A stretch of 64,000 bases of DNA from an uncultured Gammaproteobacteria bacterium (GCA_964356225.1 CAYHGA010000002.1:14894-78893), one strand, 5' to 3'; numbered from the stretch's first letter, positions 27,798-38,169 are shown. The notes: a model not told the origin generated them from the letters alone. Numbers and translations are program-made.

Positions 27798-28423
27798 GTT
27801 ACAGTATGATAAATAGCCATTAAATAACTTAAGAATAATCCGTGCCAGCCGTCCAAAAACCCCAGGTGCCAGATATATCGGCGAAAAAAATCAAAAAATG
27901 GGTTCATGCTTCTGGTTTCGCGGGAGGTGTAACCGTTCATTTTATCCATGAATTCTTCGACGGAATGATAACTGTGATGAATTTTTAGCCCCCGTAATTG
28001 GCCTACCGGTCCGGGAGTGACGATCTCTTCGTGAACCGGGTTTTCCCAATGACCGCGAGTTCTGTCGTAAAGCCAGATATGAGTGTCTGCCGGAGGTTCC
28101 CAATTGGTGTGACGCATTGCTTTGCCGAAAATAATATTTAATCTGGGAATTTTATATGCAGTGTATCGTTCCTGGTTCACGGTTCGTAGTTCATGGATAA
28201 GCTGCGGTGACAATTCTTCGTCTGAATCCAAAGACAACACCCAATTATATTTGCATTTACTGGCAGCAAAGTTTTTCTGATCGGCGAAATTTACAAACTT
28301 ATGGTCGGCATTTGTTATTATGACTACATCGTCGGATACTTGCCGAGCACTTTCTAGGCAACTTGGAAGAATAATAGATTTGTCCTTAGCAATTATGGAA
28401 ACAGAGATCATAAAGTTTAGCAA
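27773..28423 (-). CDS. Glycosyltransferase family 2 (small, GT-A)
   Basis: 216 aa. ISVSIIAKDKSIILPSCLES...VVIITNADH...LSLDSDEE carries the DxD region. Confidence 0.6.
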   Translation of the reverse strand: MLNFMISVSIIAKDKSIILPSCLESARQVSDDVVIITNADHKFVNFADQKNFAASKCKYNWVLSLDSDEELSPQLIHELRTVNQERYTAYKIPRLNIIFGKAMRHTNWEPPADTHIWLYDRTRGHWENPVHEEIVTPGPVGQLRGLKIHHSYHSVEEFMDKMNGYTSRETRSMNPFFDFFRRYIWHLGFLDGWHGLFLSYLMAIYHTVTWVKKSSS

Positions 28424-29339
28424 TTGTATCCCAAGAAAATTTTGACGCTTGTTGGCGGGGTTTATCTCCCCAGTTTGTATTCAAGGCTTTTTTTAGAGTT
28501 TGAGCGTACGCTGCGGTGTCTGTAGGATCGACGAAGAGCCCGGCTTCTCCTACTATCTCACGACGGATAGGGTCATCTGTAGCGACCACGGCCAATCCAC
28601 TGGCCATGGCCTCCAGCATGGCGATGCCGAAAGATTCTTGAGGTGACGTAGGATAAGAAAATAAATCGCATGCGGTGTAAACTCTCGGCATATCTTTGTG
28701 GTCAAAAGTCATATTCCCGCCTTTACCGACTAATAAAACCGGATAAGGGCTGGCCTTTAAAAGTAAACCCTGTCTTTTAAAAGAATCCACAACGCCTACA
28801 TTAAGAATTATGTGTTTAGATTTACTGATGGCTAAAGGTTTTACGCGTGGGTTGAATTTATCTAAATCTACGCCGTTGGGAATGGTCACTGTTTTGACCC
28901 AAGGATTAATGTATTTAGCCCACACACATTGAAAATTAGTCAGCCCTATAAATACGTCAGGAAAAACCCAAAGGTTAAGTTTGTCGTCCCAGCCAAATCC
29001 GGACTGGCCGGGAATAATTAACTTGGCTCCATAAACCGTGCACCAAAGTTTAGCTAGTATGGCGTCAAGCCTGCCGTTGGTGGAAATTATAATTTCGGTG
29101 TTGGGGTTGACATGATCCCAAATATTTTTGCGAATACTAACCTGATGCCCCAGATTCTTTAGCCGCCGGGATAACTCATCAACGTAAGTTTCGACCCCCC
29201 TGGTGTTGACCCCCTGCCATTGGCTGAGAAAGGCTATTTTCATGTTACAATTTGCGAATATGAAGCTGACTGTAATTATACCAGCGTACAATGAAGAAAA
29301 GACAGTTGCCCAGGTACTTCGAAAGGTGCAATCAAACAA
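28386..29339 (-). CDS. Glycosyltransferase family 4. The probable true start is Met33 at about 29243 (MKIAFLSQW).
   Basis: GIAMLEAMASGLAVVATDDPIRREIVGEAGLFVDP is the GT4 C-domain. The N-terminal 32 codons overlap the divergent gene. Confidence 0.7.
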   Translation of the reverse strand: MFDCTFRSTWATVFSSLYAGIITVSFIFANCNMKIAFLSQWQGVNTRGVETYVDELSRRLKNLGHQVSIRKNIWDHVNPNTEIIISTNGRLDAILAKLWCTVYGAKLIIPGQSGFGWDDKLNLWVFPDVFIGLTNFQCVWAKYINPWVKTVTIPNGVDLDKFNPRVKPLAISKSKHIILNVGVVDSFKRQGLLLKASPYPVLLVGKGGNMTFDHKDMPRVYTACDLFSYPTSPQESFGIAMLEAMASGLAVVATDDPIRREIVGEAGLFVDPTDTAAYAQTLKKALNTNWGDKPRQQASKFSWDTIAKLYDLCFHNC

Positions 29340-29949
29340 ATTAGTTAAAGAAATAATCGTGGTGAATGACGGATCGACTGACAGAACAAAAGCTCAAATC
29401 TCAAAAGTCAAAGCTCAAAAGTACAGGTTAAAACTTATAGATAAAAAGATAAACGAGGGGAAGGGGGCGGCGGTGAGGGACGCACTGAAAATTGCCACGG
29501 GCGACGTGTTTATTATTCAAGACGCGGATTTGGAATATGATCCTGATGAATACAAATTATTGCTGGAGCCGATTCTAAAGAAAAAAGCAGACGTGGTATT
29601 TGGATCCAGGTTTGTGGGTAATCAACCGCACAGAGTTTTATATTTTTGGCACTATGTGGGGAATAAATTTATCACTCTACTGTCAAATTGTCTGACAAAT
29701 TTGAATTTGACGGATATCGAGACCTGCTACAAAGCTTTTACTAAAGACGTGGCTGATAAGTTGAATTTGCAGGAAAAGAGATTTGGATTTGAACCGGAGT
29801 TTACAATTAAAGCGGCTAAAATGGGAGTACGGATTTATGAAGTGGGGATCAGCTATTCCGGTAGAAGTTACGCAGAAGGGAAAAAGATCAATTGGAAGGA
29901 TGGATTGGTGACATTATGGTGTTTGGTTAAGTATTTTGCGTTTGATTGA
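29203..29949 (+). CDS. GT2 polyprenyl-phosphate hexosyltransferase (DPM1/GtrB-like). The likely start is MKLTVII at about 29260.
   Basis: LTVIIPAYNEEKTVAQVL...VVNDGSTDRT...IIQDADLEYDP is the classic DPM1-like catalytic core. Confidence 0.75.
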   Translation: MLTPCHWLRKAIFMLQFANMKLTVIIPAYNEEKTVAQVLRKVQSNKLVKEIIVVNDGSTDRTKAQISKVKAQKYRLKLIDKKINEGKGAAVRDALKIATGDVFIIQDADLEYDPDEYKLLLEPILKKKADVVFGSRFVGNQPHRVLYFWHYVGNKFITLLSNCLTNLNLTDIETCYKAFTKDVADKLNLQEKRFGFEPEFTIKAAKMGVRIYEVGISYSGRSYAEGKKINWKDGLVTLWCLVKYFAFD

Positions 29950-30768
29950 TTTTAACGGTGTTTGCCAAGTAGCGTTAAGAATAAAAAATAGGCTACGCTG
30001 GTTCCAGGGAGTAGGTACTATTTGTGGTCTCGGAAAGTAAAAACATTTAGGGTATTCAAAGTCAGACAGAAGGGGCTTCCCCAAGTCATATTTAAATTTT
30101 GGACTGCGCCAAAATACTTCTTTATCGTGGGAGCGGGAGGATCTGGCCAGGTGCGTCATATGCAGATACGGGGCGCTTATAAAAGCGATCCCCTGTGGAT
30201 CTCTGTCCTGAATTTTGACACTCTTAGAATCGCAATAACTCTGAAGTTGGCCTGGGGGATTAGAAACTTGTAAGCCCGGGATTTTTTTTAGGTTGATGAA
30301 TCTGAGATTATAATGACCCGTCTTGCCGGCGATCGAATACCGACCTGCGCTAGGGGACGAGATGTGAAAAATATCTCCCACACAATTTAGAGTGGGGACG
30401 ACTATGGAATCGTAAAGATGACCTTGGGTTTTTATAAAATTTACCACTCTTTGAATTGAACTGTCCGGCCAAATTTCGTCTCCGTCTAAAATCATTAACC
30501 AGTCAGCTTGTGTTTCTTCTAACATATGATTACGAGCTTTAGATAGGTCGGACTCGTTTTTGGTGACTTTGATTGCTTTAAATTTAATTCTGGGATTGTT
30601 GACACTTTTTATTATATTAGCCGTCCTGTCAGTGGAGCCAGTGTCCCATATTATTATTTCATCGATATGGTTGATCACCGATGTGAGTGAATACCAAATC
30701 CAATTTTCCTCGTTTCTAACTATGGTGTGTGCGACAATTTTCATATTGCCAGAAACTAGCTGCAGCAA
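29914..30768 (-). CDS. Glycosyltransferase family 2
   Basis: 284 aa. HTIVRNEENWIWYSLTSVINHIDEIIIWDTGSTDRT...LDGDEIW (DxD). Confidence 0.7.
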   Translation of the reverse strand: MLQLVSGNMKIVAHTIVRNEENWIWYSLTSVINHIDEIIIWDTGSTDRTANIIKSVNNPRIKFKAIKVTKNESDLSKARNHMLEETQADWLMILDGDEIWPDSSIQRVVNFIKTQGHLYDSIVVPTLNCVGDIFHISSPSAGRYSIAGKTGHYNLRFINLKKIPGLQVSNPPGQLQSYCDSKSVKIQDRDPQGIAFISAPYLHMTHLARSSRSHDKEVFWRSPKFKYDLGKPLLSDFEYPKCFYFPRPQIVPTPWNQRSLFFILNATWQTPLKSIKRKILNQTP

Positions 30769-31984
30769 AGAATATATGGCTAATTAATACCGCTGCTGCG
30801 GTACCAATGATTCCGAAACGGGGAATAAGCAGTGATCCCATTGTAATAACTATAGCTGCCTGGGTTAGGTTAGCCCAAAAGAAAAATTGGGGGAGGTGAT
30901 AAAAATATAATATGCTATCACGCAGCGGATTAAGCGATGTAAAAAGTGTCAGAGATGCCAAAAGGATAAGAAAAGGGGCGAAAGCTGCAGAAAAATCACG
31001 GCCAGTAAGCCAGAGTACGATAAGGGCCGTGGGAATCATTATCAGGGCCACTATGAGACTTGTACCAAGGGAAAATAATCCGGCTTTTAATAAGTACCTG
31101 CTGGAATAGGTTGAATTGGTAAATGACGCAAATTTGGGAGCGGTAACTGCTCCCAACGCAGAAGCGAATTGGGGTAAAAAGGCTACCATGGTCACCGCCA
31201 AAGAGTAAACTCCGGTATCTGAAAGGGTGAGAAACCGTGCTGTGAGAAGGGTATCAATTCTACCGGAAAGTGATCCTGTGATGGTAAAGGCTGCTGTCCA
31301 TTTATTGAAATGCCAAAACTTCTGAATTTGCTCCCTGGTGATCTTGGCCTTAATTATATTTATTAGTGGCAACCAAATTATGGAAATTAAAAAACCAAAT
31401 AAAGGTGCCGATGCAAAAAGGATAAGACCTAAATATGAATCAATTTTAACCACTGACAACAGTAACCCAAATAGAATGAGACGGAAAAAGTTGGCTCCAA
31501 ATTGAGTACCTCCCCAAAGGATAAATTTTTGTTGACCCTGAAAAATATAGGTTGCTAGCCCAAACAAAAGAATGGCAAAGATGCCAAAACCTACTATCGG
31601 AAGTAGCGGGGCGACTTCCGGTTGATGCAGTACCAGATTTCCAATCGGGTGTGAAAAAATCCATAAAATTACACAAAAAAATGCTCCAATCGCTATTTTT
31701 GTTTGAATAGCTATTTTTGCAAACGGCCAATAGGCATTATTACGGTTATTTTCGGCTACAAATTTAACCAGCCCTTGTCCCATGCCCACATCTGCAAATG
31801 AAACTAGTAAAGTTAGAATGGAGACTGCGACAGAAAATAGTCCAAATTCATGAGAACCTATAGTTCTGGCAAGGAGAAGATAAAATACTGCTCCCAACCC
31901 TGCAGTGCCAAAGGTAGAAACAACTGTAATGACTGACTGGCGGAAAGTGTGGGTCATAATTACACTTTTGATTCGGGAGTACAT
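30716..31984 (-). CDS. Wzx-type oligosaccharide flippase (MOP superfamily, Polysacc_synt)
   Basis: 422 aa, about 12 transmembrane helices. The N-terminal region LLLARTIGSHEFGLFSVAVSILTLLVSFADVGMGQGLVKFVA is characteristic of Wzx. Confidence 0.55.
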   Translation of the reverse strand: MYSRIKSVIMTHTFRQSVITVVSTFGTAGLGAVFYLLLARTIGSHEFGLFSVAVSILTLLVSFADVGMGQGLVKFVAENNRNNAYWPFAKIAIQTKIAIGAFFCVILWIFSHPIGNLVLHQPEVAPLLPIVGFGIFAILLFGLATYIFQGQQKFILWGGTQFGANFFRLILFGLLLSVVKIDSYLGLILFASAPLFGFLISIIWLPLINIIKAKITREQIQKFWHFNKWTAAFTITGSLSGRIDTLLTARFLTLSDTGVYSLAVTMVAFLPQFASALGAVTAPKFASFTNSTYSSRYLLKAGLFSLGTSLIVALIMIPTALIVLWLTGRDFSAAFAPFLILLASLTLFTSLNPLRDSILYFYHLPQFFFWANLTQAAIVITMGSLLIPRFGIIGTAAAVLISHIFFAAASFWQYENCRTHHS

Positions 31985-31991
31985 TTCTGAA

Positions 31992-32723
31992 TTATATCCT
32001 TTTTGGAAATGGCTTCACACTTAAACAATAAACTGAAGTGCCAAATGGCAAGTTTATATGTTGGGCGAATAGGGATTCGAATTTAAGCAATATATATAAA
32101 ACGAAGTTGAATGGTTTCCATATAAGTTGAATATCCGATTTTTTTTTAAAATTTAACTTGCGAAACAAAAACGTTGGCAAGAAAAGACTTGAATTGAAAT
32201 AGGTTATTCTTAGAAGTGAAAAGTTAGCTTCTGTAATAATTTTTTTTAACTGCGGTAAACTGAACCTTCTTGTTCCGTGAACCACTTTGTCATGAGTACC
32301 TTTTAGGAACAGAAAGGCTGGCACTCGAACTAGAAAAATACCCCCGGGGCGGAGAACTCTAAATACTTCATCTACAGTCTTGTGTACATTTACAGCTCTG
32401 TGATACAAAACATCTAAGCTAACAACTAAATCAAATTTTGAGGGTGCAAAGGGGAGATGATTAGAGTCGGCTTGCCGTAAAACTTCAATGGGGTATCGGT
32501 GGGCTAACTTGATTGCTTCATGACTAATATCTATTCCTGTGACTCGACCATACTTTTGCAAGACTACGGTAGTGCCTCCTGTGCCGCAACCTAAATCTAG
32601 GATAGAAATCTGTTTTCGGGGAAGAAATTTGTCAAGAAGGTTCAGAGTGAATTCCCTATTTGCTTTATACCACCAATGATTGTTTTCAAGTCTAGATATA
32701 TTGAGGTATTCACTTTTTTGCAT
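31992..32723 (-). CDS. Class I SAM-dependent methyltransferase
   Basis: 243 aa. ILDLGCGTGGTTVVL is SAM motif I, and RPGGIFLV is the post-II motif. Confidence 0.7.
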   Translation of the reverse strand: MQKSEYLNISRLENNHWWYKANREFTLNLLDKFLPRKQISILDLGCGTGGTTVVLQKYGRVTGIDISHEAIKLAHRYPIEVLRQADSNHLPFAPSKFDLVVSLDVLYHRAVNVHKTVDEVFRVLRPGGIFLVRVPAFLFLKGTHDKVVHGTRRFSLPQLKKIITEANFSLLRITYFNSSLFLPTFLFRKLNFKKKSDIQLIWKPFNFVLYILLKFESLFAQHINLPFGTSVYCLSVKPFPKRI

Positions 32724-35244
32724 ATTTACTTCCTAACCATATTAAAACTAACAAAATGATTGTCGTCAGGGAAATAAATGATCCTGGTAACACATATTTC
32801 TGGGGTTTGTACTTGAGAAGATATTCTCCGGTATTTAACACAAAGTATCCATTCAACATATCGTAGGCTGGAACTGGAGTGATAATCTCTTTTGTTTTTA
32901 AATTTGTTAATTCCCAATTGCTGTCAAAACTTTCAGAAAAGACCAACCACTTGTTGGATTCTGTGATTTGAATTTTGTAGTATGTAGGACTTTCTTGTCG
33001 GTATGAAACTGGCTTAAGACTGGAAACTATAGAATTGGTCTTGAGTTGATTTAATTGGTTTAATACTCTGGTACGAATATTGGCCATTTCGCCGCTGGGC
33101 ACGATGGCGAATGCGTTAAGTATATTAATTTGACCATCGGTTATGATTTTAAACTTGGTTCCTGCTGTATATGGACCAACTCGCACCCAGGCAAAATTAT
33201 TTCTTTGGAGTTGGGTGGGGATACTTGTATTTAAAATTTGGACGTAATTTCCTGAATCGCTTAATAATAAACGGACATATAAATCTCCTGACTTGTCTAG
33301 AGTGATTTCGTTTGACTCCTGGCGTCCTTCTGCTATGGAGTAACCTAATCCTAAATCTACGTCACTAAATTTGACTTGGTGCTGATCAAATAAATAATTT
33401 CTGACGAACAGGAAATCTTCCGTGGTTCTGTTCCACCACTCAGCCCCACTAATTATTGATTTTGCGGGCTTGAGATATTGTTTAGGAACCTGGGTCATGA
33501 TCAAATCTAAAACATTTGCGTCATTAAACATAACTTCGTCCCCATTTTGAGGCGCAAAAGGAATACCGTTTTCTAAGTGAACAACCATTTGCGACCGCAA
33601 GGAAGCGCTTGGGGAAGCAAAGAGTTTTTCATAGGTATTGTGGCTACCCACCACCCATTTTGCATTGTTTACTTCGTATAGCCGGGGGGCATGATTGAGA
33701 GTTTTAAATACTGCTAATTTGTCTGACCAAGAAAGGTCTTTCAGCCAAGTTGATTTGGCAAACCAGTCTCTATACCAGTAATAGTATTCTTTTTCGTCCG
33801 GTTTTAGGACTTTTTTCCTTTCGTCTGGATAAGGATAGACTAGATATTCAACTCCGCTAACATCTAATAGTTGGCTGGCGGCTGGGGCTCGTAGATAATT
33901 GAGCACCTCATAACTGCCATCAACAAGATTTAAAAGGGGAAATTTATTCAGAAAGGACATCGATTCTGTCCAAATTTTTTTGTCGGAAATTGGTCCTAAT
34001 GGGGGTTTGGCGGGTAACCACAACAATCGTCCAAAGCCAGAGTCTGTTTCAAGAAGACTGGTTAATTTCTCATAGTCTTTTTGGAAAGGCTGGGGGGTAA
34101 ATGACCCAGACATTTTTCCTAAAAAGGCTGGGCTGGCAACAATCAAGAAATAAAGGGATAGAATTATACTTATTATCTTTTTTGATCCTACTGCTTGAGC
34201 TATGAGTCCGGCATAGCCGATACTTACTAAAATTAAGAATTTGGAGGGATCTCGAAATACGGCAAATCCCGGGATAGATTTGTACAGCCACTCGTATATT
34301 TGCCCAAAAGGAGGAAGGCTACCTTTGGCCAGAAACAGTCCAATTAGTGTTGAGGCAATGAAAAATTTAGATGGTTTTTTTGCAAAAAGTGAAACTGTCG
34401 CAATTGCGGGGATCAACCACAAATACCAACGCACAGGTTGAACGTCCCCAAACAGATTATTAAACCAATGAGGTTGGGAAAAAGCCAGTAAGTGACCAGT
34501 TGTTGCAAAGCTAAATTGAGATAGCTGGGAAAAGTTGGAGTAACTAAAATTTATAGGTACTTGGCTTTTGACTGCCGGCCAGATCCAAAACATATTCCAC
34601 CCAATCAAGATAATTGATAGTAGTGGTATTACTGCTACTGACCGCTTTAGATTCATTAACGCCAAACAACCAAAAAACAGTGGAATTACTCTAATATCAA
34701 ATGATTGGGAGATGATTAAAAGTAAACTTAGTTTGGCAATATTTTCAAGTTTGAAATTGGCAAGCGTTTCGTATCCTAAATAGAGAAGTAATGGAAATAA
34801 GGAATAGATTCCAGCTACAAATATTAATCCCCCATCAATTAGGGTCAGAAAATAAGTGTTGGAAAAATAAAATAGAGTGGCAACAGTAGTGGCCATTTGA
34901 GACATGCCTAGACGCTTCAGAAACTTATCGAGCCCGATTATTCCGATGATCAGTTCCAAAGCGATAATTATTTTCAGTATTAGGGAAAAAGTAAGTCCCA
35001 ATCTGGCTACTTGGGACAATGTAATTAATAAAGGCTGCATCCACATATTGACAATTTGGTTGTGGCCCAAATCTACTCCCCCTAAGTAACTTTCCCAAGT
35101 TTGGGGAAATAAGGAAATTGATCTTAAAGCCGAGTCGGTTAAATAGTTAGTATCGTTACCCGCATTAACAAACCCTAAAAAAAGTATGGAGTGGAATACT
35201 GCAAATAGTAATAGTAATCTAATGATCATCGAATTAACCTCCAA
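32710..35244 (-). CDS. Large polytopic membrane protein, putative GT-C glycosyltransferase (YfhO/AftD-like). The likely true start is ATG at 35229 (MIIRLL), which overlaps the stop of the small upstream ORF as ATGA.
   Basis: 844 aa. About 12 N-terminal transmembrane helices, a soluble extracytoplasmic domain of about 450 aa, and one C-terminal helix (SFISLTTIILLVLIWLG). The first loop has the motif W-x-S-Y-L-G-x-V-D-L-G-H-N-Q, resembling that of the 1174- and 1031-aa proteins. Confidence 0.5.
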   Translation of the reverse strand: MEVNSMIIRLLLLFAVFHSILFLGFVNAGNDTNYLTDSALRSISLFPQTWESYLGGVDLGHNQIVNMWMQPLLITLSQVARLGLTFSLILKIIIALELIIGIIGLDKFLKRLGMSQMATTVATLFYFSNTYFLTLIDGGLIFVAGIYSLFPLLLYLGYETLANFKLENIAKLSLLLIISQSFDIRVIPLFFGCLALMNLKRSVAVIPLLSIILIGWNMFWIWPAVKSQVPINFSYSNFSQLSQFSFATTGHLLAFSQPHWFNNLFGDVQPVRWYLWLIPAIATVSLFAKKPSKFFIASTLIGLFLAKGSLPPFGQIYEWLYKSIPGFAVFRDPSKFLILVSIGYAGLIAQAVGSKKIISIILSLYFLIVASPAFLGKMSGSFTPQPFQKDYEKLTSLLETDSGFGRLLWLPAKPPLGPISDKKIWTESMSFLNKFPLLNLVDGSYEVLNYLRAPAASQLLDVSGVEYLVYPYPDERKKVLKPDEKEYYYWYRDWFAKSTWLKDLSWSDKLAVFKTLNHAPRLYEVNNAKWVVGSHNTYEKLFASPSASLRSQMVVHLENGIPFAPQNGDEVMFNDANVLDLIMTQVPKQYLKPAKSIISGAEWWNRTTEDFLFVRNYLFDQHQVKFSDVDLGLGYSIAEGRQESNEITLDKSGDLYVRLLLSDSGNYVQILNTSIPTQLQRNNFAWVRVGPYTAGTKFKIITDGQINILNAFAIVPSGEMANIRTRVLNQLNQLKTNSIVSSLKPVSYRQESPTYYKIQITESNKWLVFSESFDSNWELTNLKTKEIITPVPAYDMLNGYFVLNTGEYLLKYKPQKYVLPGSFISLTTIILLVLIWLGSKYAKK

Positions 35245-35381
35245 ACTCCAATTACAAAAAGGACTATGAATATATAGTTAGCTAGCTGATCAGCTCGGCT
35301 GTAATGGCCGGTTAAAAGCAGCCCCGCTTCGATGAGCATGGCGACCCAAAGTACGATTAATAATGCATTTTTACTTGGCAT
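35226..35381 (-). CDS. Small two-helix membrane ORF (51 aa) coupled to the 844-aa GT-C gene. It is not in the ORF track.
   Basis: Manual translation gives MPSKNALLIVLWVAMLIEAGLLLTGHYSRADQLANYIFIVLFVIGVWRLIR. The start overlaps the stop of the upstream gene, and its TGA overlaps the ATG of the 844-aa gene. It resembles the 44-aa ORF at 46396-46530. Confidence 0.4.
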   Translation of the reverse strand: MPSKNALLIVLWVAMLIEAGLLLTGHYSRADQLANYIFIVLFVIGVWRLIR

Positions 35382-36696
35382 ACCACACCTCTACTCCATT
35401 GGTTAAGCTTACTCTTTTACTAAAGTTGTTTTGAAGATATGTGTAAATTAAAGGAGTAAATTCCTGTATTTTTTGACCGTCAATTGAAGCCTGGAGGTCA
35501 ACAAGTACAAATTGGGGCGGATCTGATTTTAATGTAGAAATAATGGTGTCTTCAACACCGGGAACGATATTTCCTCTCAAAAGTTCTATCCATGTTTTTT
35601 GAGGAGGTAGGGTTTGTGTTAAATGGTAAATATTATCGTTTACCCCATAAACGTAGATGGGTCTGCCAAATTTGGCATTTTCCTTTACATAATTAACTGT
35701 ATTTTGGGTACTTTGATCGTAAAAATATATTTTCCCCGGGGTGTCTTTAACCAATACCCTGAATGTAAAGAAAACTCCTAGGGTTAAAAGAACAATTGCT
35801 ACAGACGGAGACAATTTACGTGAGATTGTGTAAATTAGAATTGGAAGAGTAATTTGAGCGTGAATTAGGCCAAATCGGGGAAAAACATAGAAAAGCGAAG
35901 CGAACAGGTAAAAATAATGAAATACATTTTTACTTTTTTGTAATAAAAGCGCCGGAATCACCAGAGACAGAAACCTGGCTAACTCGCCAAAAACCGGCCA
36001 CCGGCCTTCCAGTCTGGTATACCCCTGAAGATTGTGACTGACAGTCCAGAACCAAAAATCTTTAAATACTCCAATTTTATATAACCAAAATAGAATGGTT
36101 GCCATTGGCAATCCTCCACCAATGACAAACCAGGCTAAACGCTGAAGTGATGGTCTCCGGTTTAAGACCCATACCCCCGCGGCCAAACAAAGAAAGATCC
36201 CGTGTTGTTTGAATGTTAATAAAACTCCGAAGATGAGTCCACTAAAGAAGTACGTCAAGTTGTTTTTAAATGTCCATCCAGATTCTAGTACGTAAAATCC
36301 CAAGAGTGAAAGAGTGGCGATAAAGGAATCCACCCACAAAGTATTTCCTTCCCAGGAATATAGAAATAACGAATACAATAATAGACTGGCAAATCTGACG
36401 ACTGAGTTAAAATTTTTTAGTATTTTTGACAAGAGCATGAAATTGGCGATTATCAGGAAAATATGAATAATGCGGAGAATTTCAACTGAGTTTAATGGCA
36501 AGAGCATAAATCCGGGGAAATGCTGGTCGTTGATCTGCGTATATGGGAGCATTCCTGATTTTAGAAAATATATTTCTGTGAGAATTTCAGGATAAGGGAA
36601 GAAGGATGACCGCAAAAGAAGAATTAAAAGTAATGAAAGTGGAATAACAAAGGATATTAGGCTAGATACTCTTGTTTGATGATGAGTTTCCACCAT
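35371..36696 (-). CDS. Polytopic membrane protein, putative GT-C glycosyltransferase
   Basis: 441 aa, about 11 transmembrane helices and a C-terminal soluble domain of about 130 aa. Its start overlaps the stop of an upstream DPM1-like GT2. Confidence 0.4.
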   Translation of the reverse strand: MVETHHQTRVSSLISFVIPLSLLLILLLRSSFFPYPEILTEIYFLKSGMLPYTQINDQHFPGFMLLPLNSVEILRIIHIFLIIANFMLLSKILKNFNSVVRFASLLLYSLFLYSWEGNTLWVDSFIATLSLLGFYVLESGWTFKNNLTYFFSGLIFGVLLTFKQHGIFLCLAAGVWVLNRRPSLQRLAWFVIGGGLPMATILFWLYKIGVFKDFWFWTVSHNLQGYTRLEGRWPVFGELARFLSLVIPALLLQKSKNVFHYFYLFASLFYVFPRFGLIHAQITLPILIYTISRKLSPSVAIVLLTLGVFFTFRVLVKDTPGKIYFYDQSTQNTVNYVKENAKFGRPIYVYGVNDNIYHLTQTLPPQKTWIELLRGNIVPGVEDTIISTLKSDPPQFVLVDLQASIDGQKIQEFTPLIYTYLQNNFSKRVSLTNGVEVWYAK

Positions 36697-37373
36697 AGTT
36701 TTATGATCCCGGTTCCGGTCCGGTATAGCCGAGGCAGGTTAAAGAACTGGCTAAACCCACTCGGCCGGTCATAATGGCTGACCGGGACTTCTTTAATTTT
36801 ATAGCCAAAATGGGATATTTTCTTGACTAGTTCTACACAAATAGTCCCCGACGATTCAAATAATTTAACCTTGTCAAAGACTCTTTTTTCAATTAATCTG
36901 AAGTCACAATCGGTGTCGCGGATTGTTAAGCCAAACATCATTTTAACCGTGTGATGGTAAATTCCTCCCAAAACGGTTCTATACCACGGGTCATGGCGGA
37001 CTTTTTTGTATCCGTTTACTAAGCCGGTACCAGGTCTGTATACTGCGAAAAGTTTAGACAATTCGCGCACGTCGTATTGAGCGTCACCGTCGGTATAAAA
37101 AATTAGCTTGCCCTGTGATTTTTTAAATCCAGACCGTAAAGCACCTCCATAGCCCGTGTTTTTGTTGTGGTGAACGACTCGTAAATTTGGAACCAGTCTT
37201 TTCATTGTTTCCAATGCATCTTTGGACATTTTGTTGCTACCGTCATCAACTACCAGAACTTCGAAACTCTTTTTCAATTTTTTGGCAGTTGATACAGACA
37301 AAAGAATCATACTCCCAACTGTCCCCCAATCATTCAGATATGGAAAGAAAATTGTTAGATCAATTTTTTTCAT
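36657..37373 (-). CDS. GT2 polyprenyl-phosphate glycosyltransferase (DPM1/GtrB-like)
   Basis: 238 aa. EVLVVDDGSNKMSKD...FYTDGDAQYD...GYKKVRHDP...RDTDCDFRL is the DPM1-like core. Confidence 0.75.
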   Translation of the reverse strand: MKKIDLTIFFPYLNDWGTVGSMILLSVSTAKKLKKSFEVLVVDDGSNKMSKDALETMKRLVPNLRVVHHNKNTGYGGALRSGFKKSQGKLIFYTDGDAQYDVRELSKLFAVYRPGTGLVNGYKKVRHDPWYRTVLGGIYHHTVKMMFGLTIRDTDCDFRLIEKRVFDKVKLFESSGTICVELVKKISHFGYKIKEVPVSHYDRPSGFSQFFNLPRLYRTGTGIIKLWWKLIIKQEYLA

Positions 37374-37388
37374 CGGGTTGATTCTACC

Positions 37389-38168
37389 ATGATTCTGTGT
37401 GAGAATAACGCCATGTTGAATAAGGGCAGCGGTTTACACATTAATCCCTGGGAAGGACCTGTTTTAAAAGGAGCTGTCAAGGAAATATTTGAAGTTGCCA
37501 AAAGATATTTAAATAAACCAATTAAGTCCATTTCGGTGTTAGATGTTGGCTCAGGACATGGAGAATATTCAGCCGAAATGGCTAAATTATTTGGGCAAGT
37601 AACTGGGGTTGAGCCTATCCGGGATGTCTATAAAGTGGCCACCCAAAAAAGAATTAGAAAGAATCTGAAATTTTTCAATTCCAAAATTGAAGACTTTAAA
37701 ACTCGCAAAAAATATGACCTCGTCACTCATCTCACCGTGTTTGAACACATGTCGAACCCTAAAGCCGGTTTTGACCGAATTTTTTCTCTCCTTAACAAAA
37801 ACGGAGTTGTTTACTTAACAGCCCCGAACAAATATTGGCTTTTTGAGCAACACTACGGTCTGCCATTTTTGTCCTGGTTACCTTTACCCATTGCGAATAA
37901 ATACCTTGAGCTAACAAGAGGAGCAAAATCCTACGAAGACTGTTCCTATTCTCGGGGATATGGTGGCATGAAAAAGTTTTTCGATCAGTACGATTGCCAT
38001 TATGAATTTATTTTACCTTTTGATGAAAACAGTGCATATATTGGGTGCGGAAGAAGCCAATTGGGATTTACTCTTGTAAAGAAGTTGGGATTAAAACTAA
38101 TTCGTCTTAATCCCTTCTTTTGGAATTTTTCTAAGGGGTTCATAATGATAATTAGAAAAAATACTTAA
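37389..38168 (+). CDS. Class I SAM-dependent methyltransferase
   Basis: 259 aa. ISVLDVGSGHGEYSAEM is SAM motif I. Confidence 0.65.
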   Translation: MILCENNAMLNKGSGLHINPWEGPVLKGAVKEIFEVAKRYLNKPIKSISVLDVGSGHGEYSAEMAKLFGQVTGVEPIRDVYKVATQKRIRKNLKFFNSKIEDFKTRKKYDLVTHLTVFEHMSNPKAGFDRIFSLLNKNGVVYLTAPNKYWLFEQHYGLPFLSWLPLPIANKYLELTRGAKSYEDCSYSRGYGGMKKFFDQYDCHYEFILPFDENSAYIGCGRSQLGFTLVKKLGLKLIRLNPFFWNFSKGFIMIIRKNT

Positions 38169-38169
38169 G

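Noticed and set aside
35271-35301. Nested palindromes AGCTAGCT / AGCTGATCAGCT upstream of the 844-aa gene, considered as an operator
   Set aside because: The sequence falls inside the coding frame of the 51-aa coupled ORF (encoding ADQLANY). A regulatory role is not excluded, but it is not needed to explain the sequence.
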